DNA from: Piedraia hortae CBS 480.64
Taxonomy: Eukaryota
NCBI GenBank assembly: GCA_010093745.1
Contig: MU005985.1
Coordinates: forward strand, 186,001-209,551
Direction: 5' to 3'
Length of the DNA stretch: 23,551 bases
Notes under the pieces: model-generated
What the model was told of the DNA's origin: nothing
Seen by the model: only the letters and a program-made list of their open reading frames with translations
Databases searched by the model: none
Program-made: the position numbers and the translations under genes
Shown here: one piece after another, positions 9,131 to 17,834 of the stretch
How positions within the stretch are numbered: the first letter of the stretch is position 1
How the letters are laid out: each line of letters begins with the position of its first letter

Positions 9131-9898
9131 AAGAGGAGTGAAATTGCCTGTTGCCGGCATGGATAGTGAGAGAAGGGGGTGTGATGCGTCCGCGCTGGGG
9201 TATCTGATCGAGGGAGTGGCAGCAAACTCCCTCTACTCCAGATGTGGACATGGGTATTGAGGTTCTGAATGCGAGGAGTCTCGGATGCAGTGCCACCAAT
9301 TGATATGCAAAGGATTGTTCGACTCTCTGGACGCAGACATCTGTCCCATGCGGGAACCAATGAGGACGAAACGACATACGACATGATGACGCGGTTTCTT
9401 TGCCTAGGCAGGGGCAGCATGCCCAGAGTTTGGCTATATACTGAAGGGATGTCCTCCGACGACATAGTCAGGCGTGCGGAACGGCGACAAGGCTGGAAGA
9501 AGGAATGGCAAAGAATCTACTAGATGCATCCCGAGCCAAAAAGGCCTCGCTATGCAACCTGCCAGGCCCGCAATATCCATATCCAACCCATTCTTACCAG
9601 CGTTCCACCGCTTTGGTTTCGTCAGCGATGATTGATGATCCTCTGTGCGTTTGATCGAACGGCGTACCAATTTCGCGGCCAGATGTGCTGTGTATGCGCT
9701 CCGTTCTGGTTTCAAAGATGCTTCCAAGAAGTCGATCATCTTTGACAATGTATCTTCCGAGATGGATGACGTGCTGGAACTCAGGCATGTCGATCATCGT
9801 CTCTTGGCGGTTTTATCCTCTGCCGCGAATTAGACGCTAGGATCAGACACCACCGAGGAAGTGTTGGCACGCCGGGGTGCCTAACCGATGCTTTCCGT

Positions 9899-9985
9899 CC
9901 AATACCTCCGCAGATCTTGAACTGTGTTCAGGGACAAAGCATTCTGGTCATAGGAGACTTTAACCGTCACCACCAGCAGCCAACA
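9899..9985 (+). mobile_element. Possible non-LTR (LINE) AP-endonuclease fragment
   Basis: Frame starting at 9941 reads ILVIGDFNRHHQ, matching the hhhGDFNxHH motif of LINE endonuclease domains. Only one motif is recognisable. Confidence 0.4.
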
Positions 9986-10194
9986 GGACGACTCGCAATT
10001 AGCTGTAGAGCCCGTTTTCTGCTATATGGTAAGGCACTCGGGATGTCTAGCTCGGCGATGTCATGAAACTGCAATCTGGAAACTACGCCACGTTTTATGG
10101 TTGTGAAGTTCACAAGTTCGCCACTCAGAGCGACTTAGTGGAAAAATGTGTAAACCCCACTCGCCTACGAGATGTGCGAATGGGTGCTGGATGT

Positions 10195-11457
10195 ATTCGA
10201 CTTATCATGCCCATTGAAAATGGCTCATTGAAATTGAGTCCAGACATTAAGGCGACTCACGAAGGCGGAGTGCCAGACCGCAAGGAAATTGGGAGATCGG
10301 CTGTACCGGGACGTCAATCCTTACGTGTCCCAAGAGGTTTTGAAGCACCGGTCGACACCTGTTTAAAACTCCAAAAGGGTTTACCCGGCCTTAATCAATC
10401 GGGTAGGGTCTGGAACGAAACGATCACTGCATTTTTCCGCACTCAAGGACTGGAACAAATCGAGGCGGATCACAGCGTGTACCGAAATGAAGCTGGCACG
10501 GTCATTGTCTGACTGTACGTTGATGACATATTGCTCCTCGCCAAAACTGGGGCTGATTTGGACGGCATCAAAACCCCCCTGTCAGCGAAGCTTGAAAGGA
10601 AGGACCTCGACGAATTCAAGCAACTCCTGGGGATGCGGATTCGGAGGAGCAAAATGAGCGGCGGTTACGCCATCGACCAATCCCACTACGTCAAGGACTT
10701 GGTGAGGGAATCCGGCATCATTGGAACTACAACCATGCCCTGTGAGGATGAACTTGAAAAAAGGAAAGAGGGTGATGAGGGCACAGACGTCCGCGAATAC
10801 CAATCACTGGTCGGGAGGCTAAATTGGGTGGCAAGAGGCACCAGGCCGGACTTGGCGTTTACCGTCAGACAGCTTAGCGAGCACGCGCACAATCCAACAA
10901 AGCGGCATCTGATCGCTGCACAGCGGGCCATCAACTACCTCAACCGCACTCACGACAACATGATTTGGTATGAGAGGAGTGAGTCCCACATGCTGTGGTA
11001 CTGAGATGCAGATTTCGCGAACCATGTGACCCGACGATCTACCATGGGCTACGTGTTCTTCACTTGTGGAGGGCCCATCACTTGGTCATCAAGCTACAAA
11101 GAAGCATCTCAATCTCTACAACTGGGGCTGAGTACCACGCGTTGGCGCACGCAAGAAAAGAGGCCATCAGGATCCGACGTTTCTTCTGCGAACTAGACGA
11201 TGCGAACACTGTAACAATCATATCGGACAACTTGGGGGCATTGGCCCTGGTGAAAAACCGGGAATTCCACGCCCGAACAAAACACAGTGATGTGAGCCTG
11301 CACGGTATTCGGGAGCAAGCATCACGGGAACAGGTGACTCTCGAATACACGACTACAAAGGAGATGGTTGCGGACATCCTCGCTAAGCCCATCAAGAAGG
11401 AGCTACATCGGCAGCAGGCCGATGCCCTGCTACGGCATGCGGGGCAATGGGGGGGAG
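10195..11457 (+). mobile_element. Degenerate, 5'-truncated Ty1/copia retrotransposon pol (reverse transcriptase + RNase H)
   Basis: LKLQKGLPGLNQSGRVWN, V*LYVDDILL (TGA 10510-10512), KDL..KQLLGMRI, YQSLVGRLNW...TRPDLAF, Y*DADF (TGA 11002-11004), RRSTMGYVF...PITWSS, a frameshift near 11090, then STTGAEY, SDNLGA, FHARTKH, MVADILAKP. Confidence 0.95.
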
Positions 11458-11560
11458 TGTTAAAAGATTATGGGGACTGTCCCGGGATGCCGTCAGGTCT
11501 GGCAGGAATGATATTGTGGCGATGCAAGGTGTCTACTCTTTGCTTATCTGACAAACAAAC
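11449..11560 (+). repeat. Polypurine tract and start of the copia 3' LTR (right boundary uncertain)
   Basis: GGGGGGGAG (11449-11457) is followed immediately by TGTTAAAAG at 11458, just after RNase H. Confidence 0.7.
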
Positions 11561-11598
11561 AGAGACAAAGTTTGTCTGTTCTTCCGGGTTTCCTATGT

Positions 11599-12230
11599 AG
11601 GTGGATAGCCCCCCAGAATGCAATATACGGTTCCTACCTCACGTTTTATCATGTTGTATCCGGGCATGTTTTCGACGAGAGTCATGAAGTGGTCGGACGG
11701 TCAAATGTCAAGACAACCTCAAAGACGCCGACTCCCGCACAGATGACCCAGAAGTATCTCAACATGCTTAAACTTCCCAACATACATGCTGCCTTGCACT
11801 ATGCAGTTATGGTGGAAAAATGCGCTTTGGCCTTCAATTTCGGTGTCCTTATAGCTGAGGGCAAGCACAGATCCTTCAAGGTGATATTTTACCTAACCAA
11901 CCACAAGAATCCAGAGCGGGATATGCTTCATGTTGAGAACTTTCGCCAAATCCTGCGCCTGATACTCGTAAATGCGTTTGTCTCAACAGATCCGGAAGTC
12001 ACTGAGACTGTGAAGACACTGTTGCCCGGATTGTCTACCAGTCTTTTGCCGAAGTCTGAGGATAGTGGGGTTTGACAAAGGCAGAAAGCGTTTTGCCTAC
12101 TGGAAGAGATCCACTACGATAAGAGTCCATCCCATGCACAATTTTCGAAGGCAATTGCCCCGCCCCCAACATGACGCAATGGCTGATCCCGCTATGTTCA
12201 AGTTTGATTGCACTATATACGCGAGAAGAT
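11599..12230 (+). mobile_element. Fragment of a CACTA/Plavaka-like (CMC group) DNA transposase
   Basis: KLPNIHAALHY...FNFGVLIAEGKHRSFK..YLTNHKNPERDML..EN resembles the PNxH..H / E..H..hK catalytic-glutamate region of this transposase group. Recognised from memory; stop at 12073-12075. Confidence 0.55.
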
Positions 12231-12352
12231 CGAGAGTAATCATGTCAAGGTTGAATGGATGCAACACTGCGTTGTGACTAAGCCGACGCTGGTCATGTTG
12301 CTTCTCGGTAGCTTCCAGCACCAAGTTGCCCTACGCACTTAGACAAATAATC

Positions 12353-12510
12353 TGTAGAGGTTGGGGTGGCTAGAGAAAAGGCTGGCGAAGAGGTTGGAAA
12401 TAGGTTGGGCTCCTCAACGGAAGGCTGGGAGCATCGGGATTTATTGTATATATAGTCAGTCCTTGAGAGGAAGAAGAGTGACATATAATTTATCTTTTCA
12501 TCCCTCCACA
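12353..12510. repeat. Candidate solo LTR (158 bp)
   Basis: Termini TGTAGAGG...CCTCCACA (7/8 inverted match), internal AGG(T/C)TGG reiterations, a TATATATA box and a pyrimidine-rich 3' part. No matching TSD (TAATC vs GCCGT). Confidence 0.5.
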
Positions 12511-13150
12511 GCCGTCCAATCTTTCTATTCAAAACACACTGCGAGTTGAAGGATGTGTCACGTGATGACCATGTACAACGTCCTTAAGTACGCAGCACAT
12601 ATAATAATACTATTATTCATGTCTTAGTGTACTCACGCTATCAGTTCGTCCCCTTTAACCCTGCGTCATGATGGGTGTAACGAACCGTGCGACCTTGGTC
12701 TCGGATCGGTGCCGACATGACGATGACGGGGTGAATTGTTGGGCACGATTACATGATTGCTAGTATGTAGGATACTGCTGAGCAGCTACTCCTTTTTTGA
12801 TCGCTTATGATACTGTAGGTCCATCCGTATTGCTGCTGTTGCCTTAACTATCTACAATGCCTGCAGAAAACAATGATGTATGGAACTTTTCAATAATATA
12901 TATGAAGAGATCCTGGGCTTTGGACGATACTATCATACCCGAGGCATGGAGCAGCTCCGCTGATGACAACTGCAAAAGCGCTGAATGTTAGGATTTCGTT
13001 TCGGGTTAGGTTAGGGTCAGAAATTAGAATTTTGCGATCTCAGCCTTTAAGATAGCATTCGAATTTCGACTTCCCTCCCTACGATGGTGCAACACTGCTC
13101 TCGCTATTGTGAATTCGAAGCGACTCAGTTGATAAGAGTGAGTCGCAGGG

Positions 13151-14556
13151 GTGCATCCTATACCACTAGAAATCTTGATAAAGATCCTGGAGAATTTTGA
13201 CTGTCGTCATCGATGATTGGACACCATCTCCCAGGTCGGCAAACTCTGGACAGATATGGCGAGCAAAACAAAACAGCGAGATGCTAGATTCAGTTCACTT
13301 TTCTCGCCGAAACTCAGTCCAGAGCAAAAAGATCTGCAGGCTCGGAAAGTCCGACGCCTTAAAATTGACATGGGGATACTTTCACGATGCAATGAGCACC
13401 TGCTCCCATTTCTGCTGCTTCAACATCTTTTTATTGAATCCCGGCATGGAACTGGGTCTATTGGCAGTTCCATTGATCACTATATTTCGGCAAAACTGAC
13501 TAGTGTTCGGATGTCATGGGCTGGCAAAAACAAAGAAATCTTCGCAAAAGTAGCTGAGGATTTTGAAACCCCGAGGACATTGACTATCCTCAGTTTCCCA
13601 GCGTTCAAAATGGATATCCTACAATTTTTGAGGTCGTTCACATTGCTAGAGTATGTGAGAATCTCTCTTGGCAGTCGGGATCAAGAATTTTCGGCAGAAA
13701 CTGTATGCTATCTGGCTGAACTTGCGCATCTTCAGCATCTTGAACTATTCAAAGGAGTCCAACCTGGGTCTCTCCGTAATCTGGTCAGGGATGACATTCC
13801 CCCTCTCTAAAACCTTCAGAGATTCCACATTGAAGCAGTCAACGGCCTCGAAATCAAGTGGTTGCATGAAATTGCCGGAATTTTGCAAATGTTAAATGTA
13901 CGTTTACAGCATATTGCCGATATATAAGGAAGCATGCAAGACCAGATATCGGTCTTCGAATCCCTTTGTAAGCTGAGGCATTTGACAACATTAGCAATCC
14001 ACTGCGCAGCTCGTTCACTCTTTATGTGTTCGTAATTCTTGAACCCACTCGAAAACCTAACAAAGTTGCAAAGCCTCCCAATCATATGGGATATTGACGA
14101 GACGATACCCAGCAACGGTTCCATGCTGCAAGGCAACGGCATTGCACGCTTTTTCAAATGCGTGTCGGATCGCCAGAATTTTACTATTCTCGGCAGAAAT
14201 TTGCTCACTTCGAGAACGCTGATCGAACTGGGGAGACTGTGCCCTAAGATCACAACCTGCAGCTTGTACATGGACGCGGATTTGGATGCTTTGGGGGAGA
14301 ACAGTTGCATTACTTTTCCGCGCCTGAGGGTTTTAGACCTCCCCCGAAGTATCTTGCCGGGGAAGCTCAGCAATACCGCGATGCAAGTCGATAGCATCCT
14401 TCAATGACACTGCCGATTCTTGATCAGCTTACACTACAATGCGGAAGTCAGGGTATTGCTCTTGCCGTCTTGGCGGCTTTCAAGGAACGACATCCAGGAT
14501 GCCTTCTCAACAAGTGGGGCGGCGAGTGACGTATTGTTGCATGGTCATAGGATTAG
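13151..14556 (+). pseudogene. F-box + LRR/RNI-like pseudogene, copy 1 (ancestral ~465 aa)
   Basis: VHPIPLEILIKILENF....*LDTISQVGKLW is an F-box pattern, followed by LxxLxL repeats (LEYVRISL, LQHLELF, LRHLTTLAI, LTKLQSL, LRVLDL). One frame from 13151 to 14407 with stops TGA 13214, TAA 13808, 13925 and 14033; frameshift near 14405; GTG where copy 2 has ATG. Confidence 0.8.
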
Positions 14557-14698
14557 AGTGGATTGGGGCTTTGTGTTGTGTTTAGAATTCAAAGTTTGTC
14601 TTGCATGCTGGTGCCTCCTGTATGCATCCATCCAAAACATCTTAATGCAGTGCTCTTATATGATATAGGGACATCATGTGACATGATATTGCTGGCTG

Positions 14699-14725
14699 AT
14701 TATTATTGTTATTATTATTATTATT
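14699..14725. repeat. Imperfect (ATT)n microsatellite; (TAA)n on the minus strand
   Basis: Direct reading; about 9 units, one GTT variant. Confidence 0.9.
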
Positions 14726-16487
14726 TCTCTTATACCGAAGGAGCTAGAATGTATCATAGCTCCGCCCCGAAGGGCATGTGGTCCATCTATAAGTGTTTAA
14801 CCAACAATCAGACTTCATCCGCACAGTGCGGGTACCCTCGATGCTATACATAATCTGGGTCTCTCTCCAACCAGCTTGGTGCTGGCTGATTAAACCTGTT
14901 CTATAATTGTTCCAGTCAGTTCATCGCGAGTCAGTATCCTGGGTAAAGGTCAATGGCTAGCTCATGCTAACGTAGACATACTCTGCGATGCACAGAGCAT
15001 GATATCCAATGGTTAGAGGAAACCGATAGAAATGCGTCGTATTCTTGCCTCTTAGTGGCTATTGTGCGCCTAGATAGCACGTTAGAATCGGCATGATGCG
15101 ACCACTCATAGTAAATGCCAAAATCCTCCTGCCCCGTGCGACAGAGAAAGGTCGTCGTGATGTTTGATTTTCGCCAGGAGGCTGAGCACGCATGCAGGAT
15201 CACCGTCTTTGTACTACTACGTCTTTCAACGTCACCGACTATTCCAAGATGCGGCGGAGCTGACCATAAGATGATTTCCTCTCTATACGACACCTTTGCG
15301 GAGGTTGCCGCACTTCATGCTTTTTCATATTGGAAAGCTTGATCATGTCTACTGTAGTCGAGCAAAGTTTGAGCGTCAAGACCACCTGCGCGCAGAATTG
15401 ACATTTGACGCGCTATGGCCTGACGAGTTACGCTATCATACTGTGGCGTGCTAAGTTGCGCCTATCATTGACTCTACGACTACGTTGGCAGGGAAGGGAT
15501 CTGTAAAGTATATTATGTACAAAGTCACCATGGAACCATTCTCCGCCTCGCAGTGCAAGACCGCGAATAGCGATGAAAAGAGCAGTGGGACATCAAAAAT
15601 TACGCCGCCCAGGCCCCCGAAGGAGACTGGCGCCGCATCCTTGCCGCGCTGTGCAATGCAGAAGGCCACGACGGAAGGAGGAGATGCTTGAGCCTCCCCT
15701 TCGCAACAAGGTAAGTATGAAGAGAAGAAGAAAGCGAAGAGAGATTCTCTAATAATGGGATAAGCACGAACCACCTCTGGGAGAATCTCGGAGAATTTCG
15801 TGGACCACGCAATCACATGCTGCCCTGCGACCAATCGAATTTGAACAGAATGAGTAGTTACGGGTATCCCCGTTACTGCACCAAGCAGCTCGACTTCTGG
15901 TGAAGGCAACACAGCTCTCGGCTTGTGATGACCTGATCTCTCTCCGGATCATGGCGCCCACTATGTGTATGCTTATGGGCCACGACTATCGTCAGCTGCA
16001 AACTGGTTTGAACCGGCGTTCTTTGCGTGCAAGTCTCTATGAATGGCATGATTAGACGATGCTGCACCGTGCCTGCTATCATTCGCATAGATCTTTGGAA
16101 TACCATGGTTTTTGAAATACAAAAGCCTATTCTTCTGCGACGAACGAAGGCCTAGTGGTCCCGATGACGGCGAGGGAAGCTGTCAGTTGAGTTTCGACAA
16201 GAGGCCATTTCAGTCCTACTTTAGTGGCAACCAATTGCGCATTGACGAGTAATAGTCTGTGCAGAGTGTCTTGCCAAAAGCGCCTGGCTTGTGGGATTAT
16301 CCGTTGGCTAGGCGGCTATGCAGTCTTGTTGGTGTTTCTTTCCGCGGTTATTGGGACCAGGCTGAGCATTTCACCGTTTGTGTCATAAGCAGTTTTCCCA
16401 ACAAGTCCCTCCTATCTGCGATTGCCCACTGTTGTTCTCTCTGCTGTGCATTCGAAGTAATTTAGTCCAGAAAGCTAGCGCGCACAG

Positions 16488-17542
16488 ATGCATCCTGTAC
16501 CAGTAGAGAGATCTTGATGAAGATCTTGGAGAACCTTGAAGGTGGCAATCGATGCCTGAGCACCGCTTCCCAGGTCAGCAAAGCCTGGGCAAAAGTCGCG
16601 ATTGAAATAAAGCTGCGAGCTATGCTCAAAAGTCCAACTCGACGCTCTTCGAGGCTTGATGACGAGCCATTTCTCTCCTTTCCAAAATTATTGAAAACCG
16701 CATATTGCAGCGTACAACGGCTACGAAATTGATCGATTGTCTGAAATTGCTGGAAATCTGCAAATGTTAAATGTTAGGTTATAAACAAGCTTCCCACGAG
16801 GATACATACGCCATCAGTCAGCAGTCTTTGAACCTCTTGGTAATCTAAGGAACCTGACAAGATTAGCCATCCAGTCCGGTCTGCACCCTATCTATCTGTG
16901 CTCCCAATTTTTGAGCCAACTCGAAAACCTAATGCGGTTATGAAGCCTCTCTATCCGCTGCACTTACGGCACTTTAGGCTGGAAAGTACAATGCCGCGAG
17001 ACGAAGACCTTGCTCGCTTGTTTGCATACCTGCCCGACTTGGAGTATTTTGAAATGTATGGCAAGACCTTCACCACGTCGAGAGCGCTGGTTGAGCTGGG
17101 AAATGCTGCTCCAACATCACGACGTGCAACCTGTACCTAGAAGTGGATCTGTATGACCTGGTAGAGAGTGGCCGTATCAAGTTTCTGCGTCTCAGGTTCT
17201 TACGTCTCTACCGGGGCATCGTGCTGGGGAAGATCAGCAGCACCGTAATGCATGCCTGTTGTGCAGTTCGCCACGGAGCGATCCGCAGGTGATGACCCAA
17301 ATCCCTGACCAGGGTTCGAGTACTCAAAAAGATGTTCTTGTAGCTCTAGATACGCGTGTATACTGACACACCTGTGAGGTGCCGCTGCTTATTAGAACAA
17401 TGCCTATGCTTAATAATCTTGAAATCTGGGGTAATAAGGAATCTCTGTGGCTGTCATGGCGGCCTTCAAAGAACGGCATCCAAAATGTATTATCAACCAT
17501 TGGGGTGGCGAGTCGCGTATTGCTGACTGGTCGTTGGACTAG
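16488..17542 (+). pseudogene. F-box + LRR/RNI-like pseudogene, copy 2 (paralog of 13151-14556)
   Basis: MHPVPVE/ILMKILENL...LSTASQVSKAW with a 2-nt frameshift near 16508-16511. Shares blocks with copy 1 (TGCAAATGTTAAATGT, ACTCGAAAACCTAA, AAFKERHP.C..N.WGGE). Lacks roughly 0.5 kb present in copy 1; several stops and frameshifts; insertion at ~17257. Confidence 0.8.
17257..17399. mobile_element. Insertion in F-box copy 2; candidate 143-bp solo LTR
   Basis: Sequence absent from copy 1. Starts TGTT, ends AACA, flanked by ATGCC at 17252-17256 and 17400-17404. The right boundary is ambiguous because the last ~15 nt also align with copy 1. Confidence 0.5.
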
Positions 17543-17834
17543 AAGGGTTGGAGTTTTGCGTTGTGTCCAAGCTGAGATGTTTAGTTTGCTATACCGACCC
17601 ATCCTGCCTTTAATTCAGACCGGCTGTATCACACAGTGCCCTTCTAGGCGGAAACAGAGACAGGAACACCGTACTAGGCCCCTCTCACGCACCAAAAGAG
17701 CTCCTGAAAATGCAAGCAGGATTTCATCACATTCATTGCATCCTATTAGAATACCTAGAGCAAACAACGCTTCGTGATCACGATTCATAAACCATTAAAC
17801 TCATCTGGTCATCGGCCATCTCTCTTCAGAAGTC

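Noticed and set aside
9330..9400. Possible LINE C-terminal zinc knuckle (ICP-CG-TNEDET)
   Set aside because: Needs two frameshifts and lacks the His and final Cys.
12676..12753. TGTAACG...GATTACA as a solo LTR
   Set aside because: Only ~78 bp, imperfect termini and no TSD.
13003..13017. Telomere-like GGGTTAGGTTAGGGT
   Set aside because: About two imperfect units; compatible with chance.
13120..13146. 8-bp inverted repeat GCGACTCA...TGAGTCGC before F-box copy 1
   Set aside because: Not conserved at the homologous position upstream of copy 2.
13214..14035. Stop-codon readthrough or A-to-I editing rescue of F-box copy 1
   Set aside because: The stops are TGA/TAA aligning to Cys/Gln/Arg codons in the paralog, not Trp. 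The start codon is also lost and there is a downstream frameshift.
14860..16400. Short ORFs between the F-box copies, including a C2H2-like FERQDHLR fragment near 15365-15390
   Set aside because: Zinc ligands are incomplete, and no consistent exon chain or recognisable family was found.
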